From the NCBI GenBank assembly GCA_965649765.1, contig OZ287757.1, positions 15,128,001 to 15,192,000 of the forward strand: a DNA stretch of 64,000 bases. The letters are read 5' to 3'. Positions 40,351 through 51,989 of the stretch are shown in pieces (position 1 is the first letter of the stretch; each line of letters starts with the position of its first letter). Source of the stretch: Bispira polyomma (Eukaryota). The notes under the pieces were generated by a model. That model ran no database searches and was not told the origin of the DNA. It saw nothing but the letters and a program-made list of their open reading frames with translations. The translations under genes and the position numbers were made by a program.

Positions 40351-40860
40351 TCTAGGGTTATTGTTACTCTGGCAACAACTGATTATAACAATAATAGAAT
40401 TCCAATAAACTCATTGCAACAGACAGTATAAAAGTACAAAAACGTGAAAACATATGAATATGGTAACGTGAGGTACTTTCGTTATTTACATAAAAGTATA
40501 ACAAATATAAATCAAAACATATTCATATAGCAATGCTAAATTAATACAGAAAACAAGTAAAAAGTATAAAAATAAAGCTAACTGTTGACAACATTGTGGC
40601 TTGAGCACATAAAAACACAATCTGTAAAATGGTGCACCTTGAATACAATAATCTCAATTTAATACAAAAACATACTGGAATATCAAGTTGTATTTGGCTA
40701 TACACTACAACATAAGTGATAGCACTAATGGTGTCCTATAGCAGACTCTACATTAACTCGACTGAAGAAAATAACCTGATACATTACATTTAAGAAACTA
40801 CACCAGCAACAAAATCATTATTTCCCTTAACATTTTAGAATTTCCCTTATCATTTTATAA

Positions 40861-41655
40861 TTAGTTATACTCATACTCTACATAGTCCAAAAACTGTTGC
40901 TGCTGTAAAATCTTTGACTTTTCCTGTGAGCGTCTTATCTTTGCCTCCGACTCTTTTCTTAGTTGCCGCTCTTCCTGAAGCTTTTGTTTTAAGTCTTTAA
41001 TGGCTGCCTCAGCCTTCTCCCGATCGAAACGATTGAGTGCGTGCCTCGCCTTCTCTCTCTCTTCTATCCAAAATTTTGCCTTGGCCTCAGCTTTTAAAAC
41101 ATTCTTTAACAGAATGTCTCTTGATGTAGAGAGACCTTCATGGTGGTCAATAAGTGGCTCTTGGAGTTGAGGTGCAGAGGTAGTTGCAGTCTCAATCTGA
41201 GTCCTGAGTGGTAGAGCTTTGGGTGTAAGGACGAGCTGGCTTCTCGTCTCCGGTACACTTACTTCTCTCCTGCGGTACCCAGCTGGTGGACATTTTACCC
41301 CAGGGTTGACATAAAAGCGGTTCTTACGCTTTGAGGGAACGGCCTTAGATTCCTGATGATGCTTTTGCAGCGCATGCCTCTTGACATCAGCCGACTGTTT
41401 GAATACTTTTGTGCAGGATGCACATTCAAATAAGATCACTTCATTTTCATGGACTTCTGCCCAGTGACGCATCAGCGCAAAGGGCTTCGAGAATGTTTTG
41501 CCACTGCAGTCGCCCACTGGACATTGCAGTTTAACATTCTCTTGGCCCTCTGCCTCGTCCATCTTTTTCTCTTCAAGAACTTCCTGCCATTCATCATTCT
41601 CTTCCATTTCTCTCAAATTTCTTTCCAGCTCAGTGAAGAGGTCTATTTCCTCTGC
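40861..41655 (-). CDS. Gypsy-A ORF3: acidic N-terminus, two C2H2 zinc fingers, coiled coil (intact frame)
   Basis: CPVGDC..F...FALMRHWAEVH and CASC...F....DVKRHALQKHH; frame open back to the acceptor ttttag|41655; homologous to Gypsy-B ORF3. Confidence 0.85.
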   Translation of the reverse strand, partial: AEEIDLFTELERNLREMEENDEWQEVLEEKKMDEAEGQENVKLQCPVGDCSGKTFSKPFALMRHWAEVHENEVILFECASCTKVFKQSADVKRHALQKHHQESKAVPSKRKNRFYVNPGVKCPPAGYRRREVSVPETRSQLVLTPKALPLRTQIETATTSAPQLQEPLIDHHEGLSTSRDILLKNVLKAEAKAKFWIEEREKARHALNRFDREKAEAAIKDLKQKLQEERQLRKESEAKIRRSQEKSKILQQQQFLDYVEYEYN

Positions 41656-41745
41656 CTAAAATATATAATATTAACACTTCTTTAATTATATGTGACCACC
41701 ATGTTTTATTTGTCTATTTAATTTAGAACTTAACATGGAATATCA

Positions 41746-44700
41746 CTACATTTGAACTTGAACACCTGCTTCTTTATTTCTGGATTCTAACCAGCTGACA
41801 GGAGTTTCATGATCATAGCTCTTAATGTGGTCTACATGTAGCGTAATAACTCTAGACTCAGGCCTTTCCTGAACCCGGTAATTCAGATCACCCAGTTTCC
41901 CAACAACTAGATATGGTCCTTTCCAAGCCCTACCAAACTTTAGTCTACCACTTGGGAGATGATAGACCCAAACCCAATCTCCCACCTTAAACTTACGGAT
42001 CTCAGAGTTCCTGTCATATGAGCGTTTTTGCCTCAGGGCACTTGCTTTGACAGCTTCTCTCACTTTCTCAAAAGCATTAGTCATTGTAAGTCTGATCCAC
42101 TCAACATACTCAATTGGACGCTGGGGAACTTCCCCCATGTTACTGGATCCATACATGAGATCTATTGGAAGGTTTATCTCTCTGCCAAACATTAGAAGGT
42201 TGGGTGTACTTTGTGTGCTTTCATGGACTGATGCTCTGTATGCCATCATGACATAAGGCAAATGATCATCCCAGTCCGGTTCACAAGAACAAAAGGATTT
42301 AAGCATAGACTTCAAAGTACGATTGTACCATTCAACAAGGCCATCTGTCTGAGGTCTATAACGTGAAGTCCTAACTTTTTTCATGTCTAGAAGATTACAC
42401 ATTTCCTGAAAAAGGTGCGACTCAAAATTCCTGCCCTGGCACCACTTGAGGTTGCATCACTATTATTAATAGTCTCAATACAACTGGGACTCCTACTTAA
42501 GGCTGGATCCCGACTAACAGAAGGAGATTTGTCAGTGTCTAAAGCAGAACCACTTGGTTTTTGAGGACGATGGTCACCCACGCTAGTCGCCATGCTAGCT
42601 GACTTTGTCCCCCCAGAGTTAGAATCAGCCTGATCCTGATCTCTATGCCCTTTAGCTTTGCTTCTAGTTATCACACAAACACAGTGGTCTGCTGATAATG
42701 CACAGTCTTCACAGTCACCCCTCTTACATCTTCTGGGTGGTCGTCGCGACAGACCATCAGCATTTAAGTGCACTGCCCCCTTACGGTGTTGCGTCTCAAA
42801 ATCATAGGAACTTAATACCGCTAACCACCTAGCTAACATACCCTCTGGCTCCCTAAAGTTAACTAACCATCGCAATGAGGAATGGTCTGTCCTTAAGATA
42901 AACCTCCTTCCCCATAGATAATGATGAAACTGTTTGATGAACACTACTGCTGCCAGCAGTTCTCTCATAGTAACACAATAGTTTTGCTGAGTTTTGCTAA
43001 GTGTCTTGCTGGCAAAGCACAAAACCTTTTCTTGGCCATTTTCCTGAATTTGTGACAAGACTGCACCTATTCCACAGAGACTAGCATCAGTGTCAAGCAC
43101 AAATATACCATCTCTGTTTGGATAGGCAAGCACGATTGAGTCACTGCTCAGTTTATCCTTTAGCACAGTAAATGCTTCTTCACAGTTTTTGTCCGACACA
43201 TATTTGACATTTTTCTTTGTTAATGCATGCAGTGGCGATGCAATACTTGAGAATGACTGGATAAATTTTCTATAATATGAAGCATAACCGAGGAAACTCC
43301 TAACCTGCTTAATGTTCTGGGGCCTTGGCCAATCTCTAATGGCTTCAAGCTTTTCAGGGTCACAAGACACACCTTCCCTAGACATAATATGTCCTAAGAA
43401 TGTAACTGATTCCTAAAACAACTTACACTTCGAAGGTTTCAACACTAGTCCTGCCCTTCTTAACCTCTGGAATACCAATTCAACATTTTCAAGACTTTCT
43501 GGAAAGGATTGTCCAAAAGTTACAATGTCATCTAAGTATAAAACAGCCTTAGACCATTGTAACCCACTTAAAACTAACTCCATAAGAGATTGAAACGTTC
43601 CAGGAGCATTTGATAAGCCAAACGGAAGAACAGTAAACTGCCTCAACCCCCTCCTAGAACTAAAAGCCGTTTTACACTTGTCATCAGGATGCATAGCAAC
43701 CTGATAGTACCCGTGGGCCAAATCCATGGTAGAAAGTACTTGGATCCAGATAGAGAATCTAGGCACTCTTGAATGCGGGGCAGAGGCACCGCCGATTTCC
43801 TCATGACCATATTTATCGCACGATAATCCACACACACCCTTATATCGCCAGTTTTCTTGACCACTATGACCAAAGGAGATGACCAGGGGCTATTGCTTGG
43901 TTCAATTATACCCTCAGCCTCCATCTTGTCAAGTTCCTTTTCAACTAACTCTTGTTGTGCAATAGGTTGGCGACGGGGACGTTGTTTTATAGGTACAGCA
44001 TTACCTGTGTCAATGTGATGTTTAACAAGGTCAGTTCTACCAAGTTTACCTTCAGGACTTTTGAAAATATCTTGGTACCGATGGGTACCCCCTCCTAGAA
44101 CTAAAAGCCGTTTTACACTTGTCATCAGGATGCATAGCAACCTGATAGTACCCTTGGGCCAAATCCATGGTAGAAAGTACTTGGATCCAGATAGAGAATC
44201 TAGGCACTCTTGAATGCGGGGCAGAGGCACCGCCGATTTCCTCATGACCATATTTATCGCACGATAATCCACACACACCCTTATATCGCCAGTTTTCTTG
44301 ACCACTATGACCAAAGGAGATGACCAGGGGCTATTGCTTGGTTCAATTATACCCTCAGCCTCCATCTTGTCAAGTTCCTTTTCAACTAACTCTTGTTGTG
44401 CAATAGGTTGGCGACGGGGACGTTGTTTTATAGGTACAGCATTACCTGTGTCAATGTGATGTTTAACAAGGTCAGTTCTACCAAGTTTACCTTCAGGACT
44501 TTTGAAAATATCTTGGTACCGATGTATGAGTCGGTTGAGCTTCTTAGTTCAGTTTCAGTCAGCTTATCAGAGGTCCGCTCAACCAGAGGTTTCAAGTGCT
44601 CTGGAAGCTCTAGTAAGTCGGTGTCCTCTACTTTCCCTAACCTAGCCACAGAAGCATCATCTGAGGTTTTAACATTTGGTTCAAAAGGTTTTATTTGGTC

Positions 44701-45424
44701 TACTGGCTCAAGTATAGCAATCTTGGTATCTTTACCAACCTGAATAAGACTAGAACCTACATTAGCTACCCTTATCAGCACAGTGTTCCTTTCTACCTTT
44801 ACCAAAGATTTAGCTACCAGTAACCCAGTGGTGTCAGTCAATGTGAGGGGAGGCTCAACTAGACCTATGTCAAAGTCTGGACCACAGTGACTAAACTGTA
44901 TCTGACAGCTAATGATCATTTCATGCTTAGGTGGTACAGAAATAGTCTTGCTTGTATGGACATTTGCAAACTTTATACCACCCCTTTTATACATGCTGAC
45001 AGTATGACCATTACAGTTAATTGTGCCCTTAGCTGCATTTATGATGCATTCATGCTTTTCCATGAAGTCAAGACCCAAAATTGTGCTCTTGTCACCCAGT
45101 GATACAACTTTCACTGGTACCTTATATTGGATATCCTGAACTACAAGATTCATACATGCTTCTCCGAGGACATCCATTACCTCCCCATTGGCATTTTTCA
45201 GGATCAAATTAACCCTTTCCAATGGTGGCCTGTCACATTCAAGAATGCAGTCATAAAACAGGCTATCAACTATAGTGTATGTTGACCCAGTATGTCTCCA
45301 GTCCCATAACCTCACCTCCTATATACCAACAAGATGAACTAATAGTTTCAATAATCCCCTCAGATGGCCCCTTATACTTTTCTGCTGAGAATGTGGCCCC
45401 ATTCTCAGCCTCACCTAGTTTAAC
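41746..45424 (-). pseudogene. pol: Gypsy-A pol (PR-RT-RH-IN), disrupted
   Basis: RVCVDYR, YLDD, TDAS, ADGLSR, RPQTDG, GPY; small deletion at the protease DTG, 441-bp duplication in RT, deletion of the integrase N-terminal half. Confidence 0.93.
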
Positions 45425-46809
45425 TTAGCTTTGCCTTGGTTGTCAATCCCCCCCTTATTTGCATGGTTCTTGGGGCAGTCCCGAGAATAGTGACCCTTTT
45501 CATGACACCTGTAACATTCAACTTCTGTTAATTTCCGACCCCTGACCTGGTAAGTACCCTTATTTGTATGGTCATGATTCGGCTTATTTGGCGTCATAGT
45601 CTTAAGTTGGTCAGTTATCTGATCTATTTGGTCACGATTTTGCTTCAGTGCAGACAAAATATCTTGCAGAATTTTGTCTTCACTTCTATCTTCCACAGCA
45701 AAAACTCTCCCACCAACTGGCTTTACAAACTTCTTTTGTGAAGTCTGTTCAAAACTTTCATACTCAGTTGCTAATGAGATAGCCTCATGTAAACTACGGG
45801 GATGTGCAAATTGCACATGCTTTTTAATATCAATGTTCCCCAAGCCATTTATGAACTGGTCAAGAACCCACTGTTCCTGTGCCTTAAGACTAATCGTAGG
45901 GAATGCCTTAGATGCTAATCTCCTTAGGGCATACCCATACTGCATGGGAGTTTCACTGTCTTTCTTGACCCGGTTCCTGAACTCAATCTTGTATGTAACC
46001 TCCCGTTCTGCAGGGTTAAACCTGTTTTCTAATTCGGTTATTAGGGCATTGTAATCATGAGTATCAATGTATGGAGCCAAATCACTGAAAACCCTTTGGG
46101 CCTCCCCCTGTAAACTCATGATTAACTGAGTTGCTCTTTCATCATAACCCCACCCATTCCAGTTTGCTACAGTCTCAAAATGGTTCATATAATCATTCCA
46201 TTCTGTTGACTGCCCATCAAACTTATCAGGGTCACGTTGCCTGCGGTAATTAGTTCGTGCTGGCTCTCTACAGCCTAAACCATGATTCTCACGCTGAGGT
46301 TTGAACCTACGATCCCCATTACCATTTAGCCTTATACTGTGTTGGTGCCCACCTAGACTAGTCTGCCTTAAACTCCTAGCCCTAAGATCCTGACCAACCT
46401 GCCTATTTTCATAGCCCTTTTGTGAATCTGGAACTCAAGGCTGTGCCTCAGGCCTTAAAGGCTGATTGTGCCTCTCTGCCTGTGTCTGAAAAATGCCTGG
46501 ATCACTATGATTGACCCCTACTTTTCCCTTAATTGGCTTAACAGGAGTAGAATGGATGATGTCATCCAGCTGTAAACCACAGGATTCATCATCGCTACGA
46601 TTATTCTCATTTCTGAGCCCTAAACCCCTTAAGTCAGGTGGAGCTGTGGTTGCAGATGTAGGCCTTTGATATCTGACTGGAACAGTATTAAACTGTACTT
46701 CGGAATCAAGCCCTGTCCCAATAGACTCCCCATCTTGCCTTCTGTGAGGCCACCTGGGTATCCATTCCCGAACAGTCTGCATCCAGCTCCTTGAGCCTGA
46801 CTTACTCAT
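45415..46809 (-). pseudogene. gag: Gypsy-A gag with one in-frame stop (46435-46437)
   Basis: KFDG..W..Y..HFE.VA.WNGW, QFINGL, CYRCHEKGHYSRDC zinc knuckle; the two track ORFs are in the same frame. Confidence 0.92.
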
Positions 46810-46870
46810 ACTGCCCTAATATTCTTAAACTCACAAAAAAAAAATCCCTCTTAAATACAGTGACATACAA

Positions 46871-46888
46871 ATCCTGGTCACGGCACCA
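46871..46888 (-). promoter_or_regulatory. Primer-binding site, tRNA-His (Gypsy-A)
   Basis: TGGTGCCGTGACCAGGAT is complementary to the invertebrate tRNA-His 3' end (..AUCCUGGUCACGGCACCA). Confidence 0.88.
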
Positions 46889-46895
46889 TTAATTC

Positions 46896-47851
46896 TGTGG
46901 CGACCTTCAGTATGCAGCTGCATCTGAATGTTCAACTGATCTGACTTTGCGTTGTGTTCAAAGATATAGTGACCAGACACTGACCACGACTAAGGTTCCC
47001 ATAGTATAACAAGAACCTCTTACGATCACGCTTGGTATGAAATGGACACTTGGCTGTATTTTGGGATACTTAATAAAAGATTAAAAGACTAATTATAGAG
47101 TTAAAATATATCTTCTTTTATTTAAAGACTCATTTTATAACTTCATTACATGTTTTTACAATTGAGCAGAGTTCTCATAACTCACCAGTTTTAATACACT
47201 ATTGGATTATATTTAAGACACAAAGAAACATTAACTGAACCCATCAAACTAGCTAGTACTGGGATGCCATTCACCTAACTTAATGGTGGCCCCTAAAAGT
47301 GCCAGTGCACTGATGCAGGTTCCACCAAACCATAGTGTGAACTGACCTCCCAGTATCTTCTGTAAGTACAGGGCTAAGTATAATTAATATTTACCATATT
47401 TTACTGCGGCAAAAAGAGCTTCCAGTATATATTTCCTGGTATACTGTTTGTTTACCAGTTATACTAGAACACACTCTAGGCCACCCTCTCCTCCTGCAAA
47501 AACCCACTTGTTTATATACATAATTACGGTGCTTCCCGGTGAATCTCCGGATATTCTTATGAAGACCTTGCACCTGTTTACTAATATAACATTTACATTT
47601 AATATGAATTTGACTGTATACATTTGCTAGCTTATAATTATAACACACTAAATATGCAAGTTTAAAGACAAATTGACCCACAGTAGAAGTTTTACATTAC
47701 ATTAAACATTTCAAGATGACCTTAAATTATTGACCAACTTTGCTAAGTTATGTATATTATATACAAAAGCCGTGGGCGGAGAAACCACCGCAAACACCGA
47801 CAGCAGTAAAAGAAGGGAATTGATATAGCCTTTCTGTGGCGGTTCGTTTCA
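46896..47851 (-). repeat. 5' LTR of Gypsy-A (956 bp)
   Basis: Adjacent to the PBS; TATATAA at 47763-47757. Confidence 0.95.
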
Positions 47852-48234
47852 TAGTAATAGTAGCCTGTTACCTTCCACCGGATAACAGTCTATATGGGAA
47901 AAATATTGATATACTTTTTCAGTCATCTTATAAATCTATTGTGGTGACTATTGAATGCCATAAAAAACAGTCGTCTCCCTGATCAATCTTTATTGTCTTT
48001 TGATGATTGTTATGACATCACGGATATTAAGAGTAATCCAAATGTTAAAGGCCATAAAGCACAAAGTACTAAAGGAAGTCATAGTACCAAGGTATCATCT
48101 ATGAACAGTCATTATGATGTTTAAAACAAACCACATGAATTTATGAATTCAGTGCAATTTAAATTGGCTGTAACAGACATAATCAATACTATTCAGTCAC
48201 TTGACGTTAATCAAGAAAATTCAGATAATGGATG

Positions 48235-50012
48235 GATCAATATCAGGCTTAAAAGTAAACACCTACAAAACTAAAATTATTTGGATTGGCGAAAAAAAAG
48301 AACTCAAAAGTAAAATTCCATGTCGACAACAGGCTGATATGGGGCACAACAGAGTTTACTTTACTTGGCATCCACTTCTCAGTTGACCTGGATAAAATTA
48401 TTAATATGAACTATCAACTTGTCATCCCTAAAGTAGAAAAATGTTTAAAAAACTGGAGAAATCGGTATCTAACACCAATTTGTAAAATTACTGTCATAAA
48501 AACCTAAATTATACCCAAGTTTAATCACTTGTTTATTTCGATTTCAAGTCCAAAAGCAGAATTTGTTGAACAGTTGAATAGCCCTCTGTACAATTTTATT
48601 TGGGACAATAAACCTGATAAAATTAGGCGATCGCATCTCAATAAGGACAACACACAAGGTGGTCTTAAAATGGTGGATATAAATAATTTTATTAAAGAAC
48701 TTAAGATAACATGGATTCGAAGGTTATACCAAAATAAAAAAGCCCCTTGGATACATCTAGCTAAAATTAACATCAAATCTATTGAAAAATTGCTATATTT
48801 AGGATCTGAGTGGACCCTAAAAGTCACAAAGGAAATTAATAACAAATTATGGCAGGATGTGTTAGTTACTTGGACCGATTTTCTGGAAATAATTTCCTCC
48901 AAAAATACTTTCATTGAAAAATTATATGGCCCACTCTGGTACAATCCAAATATTTTTAAAGTACCATTCATCATCCCTCAATTGTATAATAGTGGGATAA
49001 TCTCGCCTATTGACTTAATTTCAAATTAAGGGAATATTATTTCCCAAGGAGATATTAAACATAGACACAATATTCCAATCCACTTTTTAGTCTAGCACAG
49101 ATTGACAACTGGCCTGAAAGAATATCTCAAAAACTTAAATTTTGTGCAAACCCAACCTGAACGACCATATTTTCAATACCACATAAAATTACTCTCAAGG
49201 TCTAAAAAAAGGAGTCAAGATTTTTATCATACCCTAAACAATAATATGGATGATAAATCAATGTACAGAATCGAATGGGAAAACACTTTGAACATAACTA
49301 TAGATCAAAACAATTGGAAAAATGTATTCCGACTGTGCTTTAAAAGTATAAAAGACAACAACCTTATTTGGTTTCAGTACAGACTTTTATTCATTATTCT
49401 TGGTACAAAACATTATTTGAGAAAAATTTATCAGTCTTATAACGCCAAATGTTCTTTTTGCATAAAAAGGGGATGAAACTATATTACACCTATTTGTATT
49501 GTGTCCAAAATCAGTTAATTTCTGGAACTGTATACAAACATGGCTTAAACGTGTAATTGGAGTTGATTTGTCTCTGGCCCCCCTACATATATTATTTGGA
49601 GAATGTCAATTGGGAATAGCCCACTCATCAAAAAATGTTGTCTATATGACTGCCAAACAATATATCTTTAATTGCTCTATAAATAGTGCCAGACTAAACA
49701 TTTTTGAATACCAGGCTTTCTTGCGGTCAAAATTTATAGAACAAAGATACTTGTCAATAATTGAAATACAATTTGAAAAATTTATCAAAAAGTGGTCAGT
49801 GTTTGCTAACCTTTTTCAATAATTTGTAGTATTTAAATTTATCTTGTTAGTTTTACATTGTACATGTACTTGTATGTGATATCAGTTGATATATATTGAA
49901 AGTCTTAATTAGAAGTTTGCCTATCTTTGACTTCCCAAGTATTATAAATGAATAGATATTGTATATTTATAATATTGTGAATAAGAATAAATCAACTTGC
50001 AGGGGGAAAAAA
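48235..50012 (+). mobile_element. L1/Tx1 3' half, degenerate
   Basis: ISGLKVN..KT, WDNKPDKI, GGLKM, CSFC..ETI.HLF..C. Confidence 0.85.
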
Positions 50013-50208
50013 ATTGTTAAATCATAGAAACAGTCATTTTCCCAGATGAGAAACTCGAAATACAAGATTTAACTTCAGGTAACAAAACTATTATTGATCT
50101 TTTTACCTCTATAATCATGTACCCTACATCCTATCTGTTCTTATTACAGAATTTAGAAAAGTGAAGTTAAGTCTAAACTTACAAAAAGGAAAAACCACTG
50201 TTTAATAT

Positions 50209-51429
50209 TGTAACCACCCTGTTTAGCCCAGCTGACCAAATTAAGATATAAGTTTCAATAAAGTATCAGTTCACGTTGTGTTCAAGTAGGCAGGTCGCCA
50301 GATAACAGATTCGTATAGGCAAGGTCACTGAATAAGCTGGGGGTTATTGAAGCCTGGATCAATAAGCTCACAAGATGACTTTTAATTACAAATTAAGAAC
50401 AACAAAATTAACTTCAATATGTATATTATAAATGAAAAAGTGTACATATAATTATACGGTACAATAACCCAGAAAAACAACAATATAAATGCACCAGTCC
50501 TGTGTACTGATATAAATTTAAGACAACTAGGTGGCAGTGGCAAAATACCAAGAACAACACTATATATTCTACAATTAATGTCAGCCTATTTAATTACAGT
50601 CTATATAGTTCAACAAGCTAGGCCTGACAAAACATACCGCCTGACAAATATTCAAGTTACATTATAATAAACACCTAGACCGGCGAAACAAGGCAGCAAA
50701 TTACATGTGTCTATATAAGTAATTATTAGTTACTATATCTCACAACTAAAATATAACACAAGTTGCAAGAACTGTCAAAAACATGAGGTTTTGTTGATCA
50801 ACAAAAAGGGAGGGAAAACCCCCCAATCTGACAATAATAAGCAAATAAATAGCAAAACCTCAATTAAATTGGATAAAAGTTACACACTATATTTGAATAC
50901 ATTAATGACATAAATTAAGAGATTTGGATCCGAAAAGAATGAACCGAACCGGAATAAATTAGAATATTATAAGAATAAATCCGAGAAATGGATGTACCTT
51001 TCGTTGTCCCCGGCTAGAACACCACTGAATAATAACTACACCTAGTCTTATATAGAGACCAAACGACGAGCTTCGGGATGTGAATCGGCTGTTTCCGGAA
51101 GAAAAAGCCCCCACAATGCATCACTCGGCTCCCGAAATGGCCCGAATACCGCTCGGAACACACCGCCCTAATAGTAAACAACACCGACCGGTGTATATAT
51201 AAGGTGATCACGTCATCACAAGATGGCGGATCTCGCTTCCGGGAAAATGTTATAAAACAGATGAAAATGCTGCGATTTTAGTGAATGACAACCTTATTTT
51301 AAAGTAAAATATTAGGATATACCTAGCATACAAGTAAGTGAGCAATTCTCGCTTCATAACTTCCATTATTAAGAGATATATCGTAAGCACGAGTCCCCAA
51401 TTAGTACTCGCGATGACTGGGTCATCACA
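50209..51429 (-). repeat. 3' LTR of Gypsy-B (1221 bp, complete)
   Basis: Matches 58991-59690 apart from a 520-bp block; PPT gcaggggggaa at 51430-51440. Confidence 0.95.
50996..51229 (-). promoter_or_regulatory. Putative Gypsy-B LTR promoter: YY1-like and CRE-like sites, TATA, Inr, splice donor
   Basis: CCGCCATCTT (51229-51220), TGACGTG, TATATAAG (51054-51047), TCAGT 28 nt further on (51028-51024), AAG|GTACAT at 50997. Confidence 0.55.
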
Positions 51430-51989
51430 TTCCCCCCTGCTTACACTCTGTTATGCCCTCATAACAATAACTCACTAAAACAGCTGACTACATGCCCAAA
51501 GTGGCACCTCTATAATTACATAAAAACATTATGTATTACATATATATATATATATATATCATTAAAACATAATCAATACTGATATTTAGTTGTTTATAAA
51601 AGTTCATAAATCACAATTAAAAATTGTAAAATGTCCATTAAATCTGAAAAAGAAAAACGTGACTTAATCCACGTCAATAAATCATTAAAATATGTAAAGT
51701 ACCCTTTATACGACTGCACTATAAGGCATTTAATGACTTGGAATACATCACTATCTGTTCTCTTGAAATACAGATACTGACAACATAGTAATACTGTTAC
51801 AATGCAAAATTTGAATAAAATAAGTGATAAATAAGTGTCCTCGTGTGACACTGTAAAAGGTTAAACTTTTGACATCTGTCAAAAGTGTAACTTGACATTT
51901 AAAACATTAATACTTGACATAAATTTTGAAATTTTGATAAATACCCCAATTTAGAAGTGATAAGAAAGTAATATCAATCCCCAAAAAAT

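Larger units (their letters stand above)
39084..47851 (-). mobile_element. Ty3/Gypsy LTR retrotransposon A (gag, pol, ORF3), both LTRs present, coding-defective
   Basis: TG..CA LTRs, 4-bp TSD TAGT (39080-39083 and 47852-47855), PBS, PPT, PR-RT-RH-IN order. Confidence 0.97.

Noticed and set aside
40861-41655. env gene
   Set aside because: No signal peptide, transmembrane helix or fusion-protein features; C2H2 fingers instead
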